Part shown: positions 12,481 through 27,012 of the stretch, piece after piece
How positions within the stretch are numbered: the first letter of the stretch is position 1
Layout of the letters: each line of letters opens with the position of its first letter
From: Lama glama
Taxonomy: Eukaryota
Direction: 5' to 3'
Assembly (NCBI GenBank): GCA_028534125.1
Contig: CM052816.1
Span: 45,510,001 to 45,574,000 of the forward strand
DNA: 64,000 bases
Made by a program: the position numbers and the translations under genes
Notes under the pieces: model-generated
What the model saw: only the letters and a program-made list of their open reading frames with translations
What the model was told of the DNA's origin: nothing
Databases searched by the model: none

Positions 12481-15232
12481 ACCCAAACTGCCCTCTGAAT
12501 TATTTGCAGTTTGACAACTTCAGCAACTTCAAATTTAAAGGAGGCTTTACTAACCTAACATAGGGAGAGAAGGAAATTCAGTATGTTAATTTACCTGTAC
12601 TATTTATTTTTTACTATTAAAAAACCTGGTTCAACTGAGTTACCTATACTGATCTTGTGAAGCAAAGTCCAAACTGAGCTTATACTGCACACTTGTTATG
12701 TAAATACAAAAATATAATACAGTGCTTTCCATTCTCAAGACAGACACTTAACAAGCAGAGAATACAATCTTGTTTTGCTTTTTGCTTTCCCATGAGATTT
12801 TGCATTGGTGCCAAGAGTAGGAATTTGGAGTCAACTGATACTTAGCGAGCTTCTACCATATGTCAGTTCTCTTTATCTTATTTAAGCCTCACAGAAACTT
12901 TAAGAAATCTGAGGGCCACAGATATACATATATTTGGAGAAAAGGAGCCTGGAATTTAGTTCAGATGTTTTGATTCCACATCCAGTGCTGTTCATACCAC
13001 TCCTCAGAGACCAGAAATATTTAATAAGAAAAAAGCAAAGTGAGAAAGAAAAGAAATCCATTATCAACAAACCACATGTATAAGTCCTTTTCGTTTCTAT
13101 TGACAATAACATTCCAGTTTCAGTTTCACAAGTATATTTGCATGAGTCTCTACTATTCCCAGTGCTTTGGTATACTCAGCACACTTCCCTGTGAGCAGAT
13201 TATTAATTTTGACAGATTAATACCAAAAATCTTTTCTCAGTGTTTTTCAGTTCTGAGTCTAATCTGAATCGCCAAATAATGCTAACAGAATGTTTACTAC
13301 ATGCACAATACTGTGTATCTTACATATATGTTAAAAAATAAATAAATAAACTCCCTGTTATCAAGAGACTTGGGCAGTAAAAAAAAAAGATAGGATATGA
13401 GGAAAGTAGCCACAAAGGGCTGAGCAAAAAGCTACCACTAATATCATCAACAATTAAAACAGCAATTGACACCTATTGAGTGGAAAGCCCAGTTATATAT
13501 GCCTTATGTAGCAACTCACTCACTCCTCACAATGAGGGTTATGAACAATAACACAGCAGGGTTTGGGTGACTTAAATCTTCCTTTTAGACTGCAAGACAA
13601 GTTGGAGATCTGAGGCTATTGGAATACAGTAGTTCCCAGACCAAGAACACACTGAAGTTTATGCAGTGAAGTTTATGATGGCAGTTAAGATAAAATAAGT
13701 AACTAAAAATTACTTATAAATAGTAGCATAACTCTTTATTTTTTCATACAGTGAGAGAAACCTGTAAATATACTGGCCAATGGCTAAGTCCAAATGTGTG
13801 ACAAAATTAAAAGCAAAAAACATTATTACAAAGTTTCATCAATTTGAGAATTGACTACTTAAACCCCAAACTTTTTATCTAACCTCAGAAGCTAATAGAG
13901 AATACATTTTTAATAATTTAATAAATTTTATTAAAAATAAGTTACACATTCATATATATTAAAATATTTCTCTGCATATATGCAAAAAAGGTCTGGATAG
14001 AAATACGACAAAATGCTAATGATTTCTATCTCAGAGTGATAATACTATGGGTATATTTACTTTCTTCTTTATATAGTTTGTATTTCCCAGACTTGGAAAC
14101 ACTGACAGCTATTCTTCTGTGAATCTACCACTACTTCCAAACACCTACTTTTGTTCTTTCATTTCCCAAGGAAGAAAAAGTCTCATTAGGCTGCAGCAGT
14201 AGAAGTGCTCTGTTCATTTTATGTTTTCCATTTTCTTATGAAGTTGGTATTTCAATGATCAAATCACTATGCAGTTATTAGTGTTTATTTAAATTTTGGA
14301 GCATCTGGCCACTCCAGCCCTAACAGGCAAACTGTAGGCCTAGCCTTGCATCCACAGAACAGTAAAGACAACAGACATTAGAACAATTTGCTACTATTTA
14401 AAATGATCTATGGTGAATTACTGATTATCTGTAAGTGATTAAATAAAGGAAATGGTAACATAGGAGCCAGAAAAGCTGTATATGAAATTACCTATTACTG
14501 AAATTGTATATTATGATTATTTCTCCTTGGAATTTCCTTTGAAAAGTAAAGTCATAATAATTATGAAATAGTTTACAGCACTATATTTTATACTTAAGGT
14601 GCAGAGATAATTTAGGACTAGTCATCAAACCTGGCTGCACAAATGATTAAGCTTTTTTTCTCCCTCAGGGCTTGAACCAGTGATAACTGGTCTCGCTCTT
14701 GTGAGCCCTGGAAGTAAGCATTCAATGAGAAGTAAGAGGGGAGAGAGAAGAAATAGGAGACACACGTGAGTGGCGGTGACTGTGGTGTTTTGTTCAATAT
14801 AAATCAAGACAGAGGACTTGAAAGGTGGATAATGCAAATCCCTTCCCAGCTAAATCCATCCTGGGGTGTAAAACCAGAGTATGACAGAGTCCCAGCTTGT
14901 GACCAGGATGGAGGTCTAGCAGCAGAGCAGGCAGAGAACAGAAGGTACAGACACAAAGCACCTCTTGGTCTATTACACTCAGTAACAGAAATCTGTTTCC
15001 CTTTGTAACTGCCTGATGTTAAGTGCTCTCATAATTATCACACTGTGTGCCTAGGAGAGAGAACTGGCCCCTAATTCAATCACCAACTCAAAAGATCCTT
15101 GAGAAAAGAATCATGAGTGAAGAGTAATGAACAGTTAAAAAAAAAAAAAGGAAGAAAAATACCTTTCTACTATAAATTACAAGAAAAATTAGCCTAGGGG
15201 AAGGCACCTCCTTCCTGGTATATTTCACTTAC

Positions 15233-15412
15233 AGTCTTTTCTTCAAATCCAAATACTCCAAATGGAGAATCATTTTGTGGAATAACAACAGTTACCACAA
15301 CATCATCGCCAAGCCTGCCACCTCCAGCCACCCTGATTAAGGAAATACTGAATGTCTCCATGAGTTCAAATTCAGCATCATCAATTATGGTGATTTCTAT
15401 CATTGCAGTGAC
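15233..15412 (-). CDS. ADGRV1: ADGRV1 exon (~58), 180 nt, VTAMIEITIIDDAEFE...FGFEEKT
   Basis: TATAG|GTC, ACT|GTAAGT, phase 0-0. Confidence 0.95.
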
Positions 15413-17323
15413 CTATAAAAGAAGAAAAGGAAAGGAGGAAGGGAGAGAAAGAAGAGGGATGGTATAATGTAATAGCAATTTCTGATCGCATACATTTCAA
15501 CTTTTTAGTTGAAATTTAGATACATAGTACCAAGGGAAAAAGCAGGAATTTTTACATGTTATGTTCATAATACTATTTTAAAGTTATATATATATATATT
15601 TACAGTATTTCAAAGTAAAACATTTAGTCTACTATTTTCAAGATAAAGGAAATTATATATGTAATAAAATACAGGGTTATTTATAGATACCAAAAAAATG
15701 AAGACTTATTCTTAAACAAAAATATTTAAAATGTCATGCAAGCTCTAATTAACCATTAAACATAAATTTTAGTATACTTAGTGTTAACGTGGTATGATAT
15801 CAAATGGTATCTTACAAATTATTTTTGTCTTCTGCAATTAGACTAAATCCCTTGGTTTCAAATCATTGTTCTTTTAATGCAGGGAAAAAGACAGGCAGGA
15901 AAAAAAGCCAAATTTGCTGTTATTAGACGTTTATGATCAGGACTTCATTCTTTTGGGTCTAAGTTAAAAGTTTTTTTATAACTTGTAAATAAGTACTTGG
16001 TCAAGCGTGTGATTTCACTATTGGTCATAAAAATATCCCAGCTGTATCTCCACATTTCAAATCTTTTTCTGTACCCAGAGGGAAATGACACTGACATTTA
16101 TCAAAAAATAAAGTTTTCCTACCTAAATTCACCTTTAATTTAATGAGAAAAAAAGTGAGACATCTGGACATCACACTCAGAGAAACAGAAACCTAAACAA
16201 AAGCACATGCTAAAATGTAAGATTAAAATGTCTACACCCCAAATCTGTACTGCAGAATACAGAATACTTTCCCTATAGGATGTTAAGTTTAAGGATAATG
16301 ATGATCCTAAGGATGTGCTAAATGGGATGGGGCCTGAACTTCATGGAAAGAATGAAGCGCTGATGACATAACTCAAGTTGGATGGCTACTTCAATGAAAA
16401 TCAATTTATCTGCTTCTATTTTTAATGTAAAAATCTGCACTTCCCCTTCTTTTAGTAGCAAATGTTTAAAGTTCTAAGTTTGTTAAAAACTCATGATTTC
16501 AAATATTAACAATAGATCTTTATGTGCAGGAAAATCTACATCTCTATGTTAATCTTTCATCCCCCCCAAAGGCAACTGCTATGTTGATGCACACTCTGCA
16601 GCTCCGTGCAGGCAAAATCAGACTGCAAGTAAAGAGACACTGCTATGTGAAGTTACGAACATTTTCATGGTTGTTCATGTGCTTTTTCCACTTACTGATT
16701 TAAAAATCTATGAAAATATTTTATTCTTACATATTGCAAAATGCCCAGTTTTACAAACGTAACACTTCTTAAGGAATATTTTGTAATTTTTAAGATTGGT
16801 TGGCCCAAATCTACAGTATCATTTTTCAATTTTTTCCAGTTTTAACTATTATGCTTCTTTTCTAATATTTTAGTCTTTTTTTAATTGTAAAAAGGGTTTT
16901 GGGTATTAGTAATAAATGTGCATAATTTTAGTACAAATCCTCAATAAATATTCGTATCTATAAGCATTAAGAAATAAAAAGAATAAAAGAACCTACAATT
17001 CATAGGAATAGTCTGGTTCATCATGTAGTTTTTTATACATTCTTAGGCACCTCTAAGCCAAATATTATCTTCTTTTATAACTCCTATTTAAAATAGAGTA
17101 AGGTGGGGAAGTTCAGGAAAGGATGAGATTCTTGCCTATTTATGTTCTCTTCCTACATCCATTAATAAATTATACATTAACTAACAATTTTTCTGTTTGC
17201 TCAACATGGAAATTTATACAGTATAATACATTTAGTAATCACTACTGCACATTCATTTGATGGATGCCTATAAAACGTTTGCAGTACAACCAAAAAATGC
17301 TGGTATGTCCGTAACTGGCATAC

Positions 17324-17506
17324 CTGTCTGTCTGCAAATTCAAGGATCCCATGAGATGGCTTAAAGTCTTCCAGGCCAGCGCTGTCCAGCATTGCTTTCC
17401 AATAAACATTTACTGCCCCAAAGCTTCCAGCCAGCCGGACTACAGGAACTTGAAGAATGTTCAGGGGTGGAGGTACCTCATAGGCAGTAATAACTCCATC
17501 AACATC
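17324..17506 (-). CDS. ADGRV1: ADGRV1 exon (~57), 183 nt, DVDGVITAYEVPPPL...GILEFADRQ
   Basis: TTAAG|GAT (AAG acceptor), CAG|GTATGC, phase 0-0. Confidence 0.93.
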
Positions 17507-17897
17507 CTTAAAGTAAAGGATATAAGTTAAAATGCACGACAGAGGTATAACTCTTATAAGCCATCAGTGTCTAAATTTATTATTTCTCTGTAAGTCCTTA
17601 TATTTTTCTCTTCAAAGCAGGAATCAATAGCTGGATATAAATATGCATAATAGGTCTGCAGAACTCTCACATTTAAATGTAATGTAAATAAACTTGCTTA
17701 ATTTGGTCTAGTTCAAAGAGAAATAAGAATTAGTCTGTAAGACAAATTTTCAGGCAGATATTTATAACTATCTACAAGTAAGGCCAATTATTTTTCAGAA
17801 AATATGACACTGGCCAAGTCAACAGGTATAAGCTATATTACTATATTACTACAAATATATGAATATATTACTATAAATATATGAAAATTCATCTCAC

Positions 17898-18074
17898 TCT
17901 GGTAACATGAAACTTAAAAACTCCTCTAGGATCATCATTTTCTTCGATCATTATCTCTGCTATTTCCGTTCCAGGCCTCCGCACACTTGGCTGTCCAGCA
18001 GAGAAGCCAGAGTTCACCAGGTACACTGCAGTGACGTTGACAATAAATCCTTCCTCCAGCTCAGGGGCATCATC
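17898..18074 (-). CDS. ADGRV1: ADGRV1 exon (~56), 177 nt, DDAPELEEGFIVNV...ENDDPRGVFKFHVTR
   Basis: CCCAG|GAT, AGA|GTGAGA, phase 0-0. Confidence 0.95.
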
Positions 18075-19271
18075 CTGGGAAGGGGATGGATGATATTTTA
18101 TTTTTCAATTTCTCATTGTAAATATAATATTTTTCAGTAAAGAATAAATGACTGATCACGGGAATGGACAGCTCTGTTACAGATACAGAAAAGATTCTTT
18201 TTTATATTTTAATACATTCCTACTGACAATTTCAGAATCTTAGGGGATATTCAAGCTTACCAGCGATGTTTCAATGGCAGCCTGACACTCATGAGCAAGT
18301 AAAACAATTGTTAAAAATCTATCCCGCAATTTTGATCACACCCTATTGAATACATTTTACATATATAAACCCTCTCAATTTAGGAGAAACTGGTAAATGC
18401 TACATACACCTTAGAAATGAAAGCCCTAGACTTGTAAATCTAACTATAATGCTGCACTTTAATTAACTTTTTAAAAATTGTTACCGTACATTTCACTAGG
18501 TAATAAAAATTTCAAAAGATAAAAAGGATATCTAGTCAAAAGGAAAAGAAAACTCTGTTCCGCCCCACCCCTCATGTCTTTCCAGAATGTCCTCTCCAGA
18601 AGCCACTATTACTTAATACCACTAAGATCGCTATTAGTAACACTTAACATCATTATAAAATATTATATTTATTTAATGGTATATGATATATATTATATTT
18701 AGTACTGTAATATAAACAATGTTTAATTATATAATATTACTAAAATACTACTAACCAATTTCAGTTTCTTGTGGATCATTACAGATGGATATACACATTC
18801 TCCTTGGACATAGGAGAGCGAGAGCCCTAAAACCAGCTCTAAACCATCAGAAGACTAATCTTAATTCAAGCAATCGTACCAAGAAATGAAAATATTGCCC
18901 TATGAAACCACTAACAAAAATAACCAGATTGACTTGGCCATTTTATTAATTCAGTCATTAGTTTAAAACAACTAACAAACCAACAGAAGAGAGGATCCAA
19001 CTACACATATAATCAATCCAAATTCAATGCTTCAAGTTCATTCAAACAATATTCCAGTTTAAAAACAAGCAATACACTTACTAACTTTACCTTTCAGCTA
19101 TAAAATATTCATTATTAAATATTAGGGTGGCCAGAAACATTAGAGGACTCACAGTTTTACACTTAAAGAGCATCCTTTTTAAAAAAGATTTTACCTATAA
19201 GAGCATCACATTTTTATCTCTAAGAGCATTTTCCTTTATTTTACATCATATTTACTGCAGCCTAGACTCAC

Positions 19272-19474
19272 CGGCAAAATGGCAACTTTAACATAAGTTT
19301 CCTTTATGTTTTCTTTCATTACCATCATTGTTTCTTGTAGTAAATAATCTTCATTCTCAGTAGCTTGATTATTTACATGTAGTGAGAAATTGGGTTTAGC
19401 TACCAACTGAATGGCTATGTCTCCAAGAAGTCCTTTATCTCGAACAATTCGTAACTGAAGAGTGGTGATGTTCT
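19272..19474 (-). CDS. ADGRV1: ADGRV1 exon (~55), 203 nt, ENITTLQLRIVRDKG...VKVAILP
   Basis: CACAG|AG, CCG|GTGAGT, phase 1-0. Confidence 0.95.
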
Positions 19475-20919
19475 CTGTGAGACAGACACACCTCAAGTAA
19501 ATAAGCTTTTCTATTTGCTGCTGATGCTATTCCAAGTACTCAGAGTACAATGCTCTGCACTACTCCATTTAGACAGGTAAGGAAAGAGAGGTAAAACAAA
19601 GACAATACACTTTCCGAAAGAGTATTTTGTGCCTCATCTGCCTTGTCTCCAAAGTTGTGCTGAGACTCACCGTACACTGCTAGCACCGTATCCCAGTTCT
19701 AAACCCTCACCTCTGGTTCTCTAGTTCACTTTCCTATGTTGCACAAGTCATGCACCTTAACCGAAATTACTGAAAATATTAGGAAAGTGCATAACTGCAG
19801 GTTGAACAGAGGTGATAATTACAAATGCTAAGAAGATTCTTTGAAAATAAAAAATTAAACACACAAAAGTCATTGTTTAATAACTGAACATTAAAAGAGC
19901 AATTTCATTCTTATAGTGAGGTGGCTATCACAAAGCTCAAAGTACTTCACAGCATCTGTTTTTTATTTCATTTCTTAGATTTTTTAAATTTGATTTGCCA
20001 TATAAATGAAAAAAAAGCATGACTGTCAATGTTCCCTACCAGTCTGTAAGTTTCTAGTGACCAATATCATGTCTTTGCTCTCAGAACATGTAGCACAATT
20101 TCTGATACTTATTAGGTGTTTCAGAAATAACTGTTGAATGGGTAACTGAACAGATCATTTTATTTTAAGACTACTGTTTCTGTTTCCATATATAAGACAA
20201 ACAGACCCAGGTGTGTAATTACATGTCATTTTTTCCATCAACTATTTAAATGAGAGGTCCTTGAAAGATGTCCATGTTCCTATCTGAAAATTATAGAGCC
20301 TTTGAATAACATATTCTTAACACATACATATTATATAAACTTTTATTCAAATAAGTCAAATGACCTTTATCCACAAAAATCTATTAATTCTTCAGTTGAT
20401 AAAAATGGTTCTTTAGGCAAAGATTTCAACTCTAAACTCAAAGGAAATACAGAAATAGGGACTGATCACTTACACTTTACAGAAAAAATACTATTCTAGT
20501 TACTGCTTTGAGTTTAATAATTAACACCTCAAGCAGCATATAAATTTTTGTGCTGTTCGTTGTTTCCTGTAACTACTAAAAATCTACAAAGGGGGAAATC
20601 TGAGTGAGGAAAGAGAAAAGATAAAGGATAAAAAAAATAAAGTAAAATAAAAACCAAAAGCTTCTACTACAATGATTTACTAAAATATTAATATTTCTGT
20701 TATGACAGTAATGTCTCAAAAAACAAAAGTATTTCACATAGTAGTATCAGTGAGTGATAGATAACATGATCATAAAATTTAATAAAGACAAAACAAAAAG
20801 TAAAAAGAATTGAGTACAACCTGTCAAATTGAAAAATGTCATATAAAAAAGTTTACATCCCTAGTAAATATTATCCAATAAAACTTACTAGAACCTGAAA
20901 AATATTTAACAAGATTTAC

Positions 20920-21175
20920 CTTTAGGCTCTGTCACTCTAACAAAGAGAGACTCAGCATGCCAGCCCACCAAGCCATAGGGTGAGTCATTGGGCAGAGTGG
21001 TTATCACAGACTTGTTTCTTTCCTGATCAATAGTGGCACCTTTTGATGGGTCCTCAACCCCTTCTGTGATAATACGAATGAGTGTCACAATCACAATCTC
21101 TGATAACTCTGGTAGATCATCAGCAAGAACAGTCAGCGTAATTGTAGACAGTGCCTGGCCCTCAGAAAATGAAAT
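20920..21175 (-). CDS. ADGRV1: ADGRV1 exon (~54), 256 nt, ISFSEGQALSTITLTVLADDLPELSE...VRVTEPK
   Basis: TTTAG|ATT, AAG|GTAAAT, phase 0-1. Confidence 0.95.
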
Positions 21176-21558
21176 CTAAAATTTTAAAGAAAGAAGATTT
21201 TATTTGTTTTCTAGCTATCACTGTGCAGTAAAAATATCCAAAGATTAGATTATCTTTTAATACTGACCATATCTTACATAATGAGATATTTGAGCAACAT
21301 AATATGAGCTTACAAGTCCATCTAATGTCTGTCATATGAGAAGTGAAAGATTGTTAGGAAAAAGAAAGAAGTAAGCCACTACTAAAATTTAAGCTAATAA
21401 AACACACAGCTAAAATGTCCTATCCTGAAGCCTACATTTGACTAAATATTGAGTACATACTATCTCTTTCTGGAAATGTATGTCCTAGGTACCATATATA
21501 AAAATCTGGGAGAAATAAATAAATAAATAAATTCATATTCACAGGAAAAAAAAAATCT

Positions 21559-21656
21559 GGGAGAAGGGCATAGCTCAGTGGTAAAGTACATGCTTAGCAT
21601 GCACAAGGTCCTGGGTTCCATCTCCAGCACCTTCATTAATAAAAAAAAATTTTTTT
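21559..21656 (+). mobile_element. tRNA-Ala(AGC)-derived SINE, vic-1-like (camelid)
   Basis: A-box TAGCTCAGTGG, anticodon loop TTAGCAT, degenerate B-box GGTTCCATCT, A-rich tail, short AATCT flanks. Confidence 0.85.
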
Positions 21657-22092
21657 AATCTATAAACATAAAAAAGCATCATATAGTTTAAACATTTTTC
21701 TCTAAAAAATTTTTGCTAAAAATTCTACTTCCCTTGCCTAAACTCTGAATAGATTTATTATTTAACAATGAATTAATCAAAGCAGAAATAGAGAGAGAAA
21801 GATAGGCAGAGATGGAAATCCCAGCATCTTTCTCCTCCTTTGTGTCTCCATTGCCTGAAGAGTCAAATCTGAATTTGCTAAAAGTCATCTGAAGTCCTTT
21901 CTGATAGGGCTTCTGTTTCTTGATCATGCCTCTTCCCACTGTCCCCTATCTCATACCTTATTATCCAATAACATGGCTGCAAGCGATTTGTAACTATTCA
22001 AACTAGCATTACAGAACTATTTTCTTGACACTCATCGCTCCACCTAAGGAAGGCACTTGAGGACAGAAATTCAAGAGCTTTATTAATAAAAT

Positions 22093-22300
22093 TAGGAGTC
22101 AGAAAACTACTGCCCTTTGGCCAAATCCAGTTTTTATAAATAAAGTTTTACTGGAACACAACAAAGCTCATTCAATAACATACTATCTTTTGCTGCTATT
22201 GTGCTACAAAGGCAAAGTTGACAGCTGGGAAAGAGGCCATATAGCCCTCAATGTCTAAAATATTTACTGTCCAGCCCTTAACAGAATTTACTGATCTTTG
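22093..22300 (+). mobile_element. MER58A-like hAT MITE
   Basis: Degenerate TIRs TAGGAGTCAG / CTGATCTTTG; 8-bp TSD AATAAAAT/GATAAAAT; core AAATAAAGTTTTACTGGAACACA. Confidence 0.8.
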
Positions 22301-22878
22301 GATAAAATAATTAATTCCTCCAAAATACAGTGTACACTTAAGGTACAATTATGCATTAAAATTAGAAATAATTTTAATCAGGCTTATATAAGAAATATTA
22401 ATTGGAGAAATATAATTCAGAACACATAGAAACTGAGAAATACAACTTACAGTTTTGGTAGCTTGAATAAAGTAAATACTAAATGCAATAAAATTTGCCA
22501 TAATATTCTTAAAAACACGAAGCTCCAATCACCTCTCAAGTGATACAGAAACCTCAAAATGTTGAACCGTAATACACAACTGTCTTTTTTAGTAAAAGGA
22601 GAAAACGTCATACAATTATGAAGAGAAACATGAGTAAGAATGACGCCTGTCTTTTTTAAAGACAATTTCACAAGGGGTCTTTTAAAAGTACCCCTCAAAG
22701 AAGCACTTGGGCAAAACACACAGATTAATCTATGAAACCTAAGACAAGTCAAGCAGAAAACCCATCTTCCAGTTAGGCCCTAAAGGCTTCTTGAACCCTC
22801 TTTGTGAATCATCTACTTCTTTGGCCCATTCTGAATCCATTCTTGAACCTGTGCCACAATTGTCTACTATCCTCCAAC

Positions 22879-23278
22879 TGTAGATAATGTGGTCATCTTC
22901 CCAGACCCCTTCTTGGGGCTGATGAACCCATCCCCTGGGTGCTGGGAATAATAGCTTCTGTATTTCTCACTGGGAACTGCCCTCAGCTGCAGCGAACTGT
23001 TTCTCCCAAGGTTATGCCCCAACCAGAAGGTGACCAGAAATGAAAGACAGCTAAAACAGGGATGCAACATCACAGTCCCCTCACCCGAACTGGAAACAAC
23101 TCCAAAGGATCAGCTCAGCAACAGAACTCCCTCAACCTCAGGCGTTCTTGCCTGTGGATAAACTTCCCTCTCTGCACATGCTTGCTTTCCTCACTTCCTT
23201 ATAGGTGTTCTTCCCAATAACTTTCTGCCCACAACTCCCAATTTCAGAGTCGACTTATAGAAACCTTAACCTATATCA
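22879..23278 (+). mobile_element. Old ERVL LTR (LTR16/LTR33-like)
   Basis: TG..CA ends, CTGCCCTCAGCTG motif, polyA-like CCCAATAA near the 3' end. Confidence 0.5.
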
Positions 23279-23668
23279 CTCAGCAACCCCGGTTGACTTT
23301 TCCATATGCCAGGCTGTTTTACTTGGACTTATTCACTATTTATTGCTTCTATGCTACTCAAATATTGAAATCACGTTTCCAGTCACAGTTGGTTTTCTCT
23401 TTCTGGCAGTGTAATACACCCATAATCTGGCTAACCAGTGTACTGAATCTCAAAAGGGATGATGTTTTAACGGATAATTCTGGTATTATAGGGGGAAAAA
23501 AAAGAAGAATCACAACAATAAAATTAACCTTAAATTGTATCTCTCTCTATGGTGATTAGTAGGAATCTCAAACTCAAATACTTCATCCATAAGGCAGGGT
23601 TTGGTCCCATGCATCAACAGTAACCATAATTTAAAAGTGACTCGGCTGTAATTTTGAAAATTACATAC

Positions 23669-23815
23669 CACTCCTGAGGTAGGAAATATATCACTAATAC
23701 TTCCAGCAGCTTCCCACGCTACAGTTACACGACCATATGTTCCCTTTAAGCGCTCAACGTTCAAGGTTACCAGGCTATCTTGCTCCATTTCTTCCACTTG
23801 CTTATATAATGAATT
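23669..23815 (-). CDS. ADGRV1: ADGRV1 exon (~53), 147 nt, NSLYKQVEEMEQDS...DIFPTSGV
   Basis: TTCAG|AAT, GTG|GTATGT, phase 0-0. Confidence 0.95.
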
Positions 23816-25847
23816 CTGAAAAATACACAGGAAGTCATAAACGGTTGTTTGAAATTACCTAAGCAGACTTCTATTTCAGGCTATTATGCATTTACAAACT
23901 TCACACTATTAAGCAACATTATATTAAGTAAAAAAGTATTTTAAAAAACAGTAATATAGAATGACCATGATTTTACTTTAAACATGCACGAGTAAGTAAA
24001 ACATATTTGAATAGCTAAAAGACTAAGAGTAAATGAAAATTCTTATAGGATTTTTATTCTCTTCCAGGTTCTGTATTTTTCAATTTTTCTTCAATAAACA
24101 TACATTATTTTTATACTCAGAAAGCACACACATATTTTTAAGGAGTATACATAGTATGTAAATAGCTCATAAAAGAGAAATGTCATAGACAGAGTTAGGG
24201 GAACAAAGAAGTCTTTTTCTTCCTTTTTGTTAAGCTCCGGCAATCCCTCTAGGTTTTTGTTTCCTGTTTATAAAATAACTATTTGGTCTACGTGGTCTCC
24301 AAGGTCCCATCCAAATGTAAAGACATCATAAGAGTCAGGGAGCTCTCTATGATTATTTACAAATGTCTCTTATCCTTAAATTCACATCCTCTGAAACATT
24401 TCTCCAGGTGTAATGTTTCCATGGGTGATGTTTTATTCTTAGCTTGTGGTCTTTACAACTATTTTTCCTGCCAGAACTATCCCCTTCCCTCAGGTTAGAA
24501 TTCCTTACTCACTTCTTCTCATCTACACTTCCTTGTCTCTTTCCTTTGTTCCAAACTGATTTCTACCTCTGTGTGACTAAAACATTCCTCCCCTAACACT
24601 TGCAACTTCTCTTGCCAGCCATTTAATGAACTTCTCCTCGAAATTAATACTCCGAAGAATCTCTTCTTACAACAACCCTGGTTTATCCATAGGTAAAAAA
24701 GCAAGAATATGGAGTATCAAATTTTTTGATTTATTTATTTATATTGAAGTATAATCAATAAAGATGTTTAAAAATCTTTCCAGTAAGATTTTTCTTTCCT
24801 TTTTACTTACCTTTACTTAAGCTGAAAAAAAAGATACCCTCAATTTCTGAAATGAAATTACAAAATTTCATTTAAGCTTATGAAAGCTTCTAGTTAGAAT
24901 GCTAATTTGAGTATCTATCCAATCCTATAGCACTATTTTTACACAGCATTTTAACACATTGTTACAGATGTTACATAGTAATAAAATCTTGCTCAAGGCA
25001 ATCAAACATTTCTACAGAAAATGTCTTGATTTTAAAATATGCATATAATTTGTTCACAAAAGATAACGCCTTTTAAAATGAGAAGCCTCTCTCTGGCTTC
25101 ATGCCCTCTATTAACAAGGGTTAGTAAAATGAAGATTTAACACAGCCAGAAAATATTCAAGAAACTCATTATCTACTGACTCTCATCTTGAAACGAGGTT
25201 GTCCAGACACAAGAGGCTTATCTTGAGGAATTTTACCAAACAGATTGAAGGACCGTAGGATACTATTTATTGGCAAGGATCAAACCACAGTGATTTCACA
25301 GCTCCAGAACAATTATTAAACAATCTTCATGAAGAGAGATCTACGCTTAAATACTTGAGGAACAGAATGTACTCTCCATCTGCAGCAAGGCTTTGGGTGA
25401 GAAGGTGAAGCCGAGCCAGCAGAGCAGGAGGGTTCCTGCCCAAGGAACCTGTATGAGATCCTGAAAAGGCCACATGAGTGTTCTGTTTCCTCCCCTGAAC
25501 AATGACAGATTCAGAGTAAGCACCTACTGTGTGCCAGGTACTTTTCTGGCCCAGGGAGAGCTGTGAAGAAAGCAGTATGCCAGCGAGCATACACCTCAAT
25601 TTCAGTAAAAAGAAACTGACAATAGACAAACTAGGCCATTATAAGTGCCGTAGGAAGAGCAAGGAGAAATTAAAAGCTGCAGTAGGATGGCGGAAGTTGC
25701 AATCTTTCATCAGAAAAGAGCTTTCTGGTAAGATGGCATTTCAGCAGAGAGGAAACAAAGTGAGGAAACAAGTCATGTGAATACCTGGTGGGGACAGAGG
25801 TAGGCTTCTCTCTTTCTAACCCTCCCCCACAGCTCATATATGAGAGC

Positions 25848-26158
25848 TAAACTGTCCTACATTGTAGCCACCAGCCATTTCAAGTGCTATTTGAAATGTG
25901 ACTCGTCAGATTGGAAAAATGTACACTGGATTTGAAGACAAAGCATGAAGAAAAGGATGGAAAATATTTCATCAATAATTCTATGTTGATTGCATGCTGA
26001 AACGGTAATACTTCATGAAATACACTGGGTCAAATAAAATATAATATAAAAACTGATTTCACCTGTTGTTTTTTTTTTTTTTTCACTTTTTTCACGTGGC
26101 TTCTATAACACTTAGAATTACCCAGGGGCTCACATTATGTTTCTGTTGGGCAGAGCTG
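25848..26158 (-). mobile_element. MER33-like hAT-Charlie MITE
   Basis: CTGTCCTACATTGTAGCCACCAGCCA ... GCTCACATTATGTTTCTGTTGGGCAGAGCTG resembles recalled consensus. Confidence 0.7.
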
Positions 26159-27012
26159 CCTCAGAGGAAGCTGACTTGCCTTTGGCTCCAGAGATGGGAC
26201 AGACTGAGTTAACACTGTGATCCTACAACGCCTTGCAAGCAATGGCATCAGGGCATTAGTAAGTCCAAAATTCCTCATCTTATCCCCCAAGACTACTCTT
26301 CCTAACGGTGGCCAGTATCTTGGTGAAAGGCACATTTCTGCAGCCACAGTTCTATCATTTGTTGCTGAATTACTGCAGCAGTCTCCAACTGGTCTGTTTC
26401 TGTCCTTACCCACTTATAACCTAGTATCAATTCTATGAACAGAATGCCCGTTTAAAGTGCGAGTTAGATCACAATGATCTTCCACCCCAATTCTCCAAAC
26501 ACTTCCAATTTCCCTCATAGGTCAACTTCATGATCACACTACAGGGCTCATATGGGAAAGAGTTTAGGTAGCAAGGTCAACTGCTGTCCTTCAAAACCTC
26601 TCTCTCTCTTTTTCTCAATACACAGAAGTAACAAAGGCAAACGACAGTAATGTATTTGCAGTGTACATTATATTTGCAATCTGCTTCACTATTACTTTCT
26701 GGAAACAAGGGTAACAGCAGAGCCAAAACTCCTGGACCAAGGCCAACTGGTAATATTTCAAACTCAAACTTATAAAAGGGATCAGTACAAATAAAAAAGT
26801 TTAAGACAAGTTGACTCCAAGGTCCAGTGTGTAAGTCTGTAAACTGCAAGCATCAATAGAATTCACCACATAATACAGAGTAGGGGGTGAAGCAGGGAAA
26901 GGAAAAGAAGAGAGGCTTAAGACACTAAAAATGTGACTCACTGAGTGCTGATAGCAGCTAATAAATAAATACAATGAATAAATCATTTGATTTCTAAGTG
27001 TGGGATCTTTAC

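Noticed and set aside
21559..21635. Functional tRNA-Ala gene
   Set aside because: Degenerate B-box and acceptor stem plus an A-rich tail indicate a SINE copy
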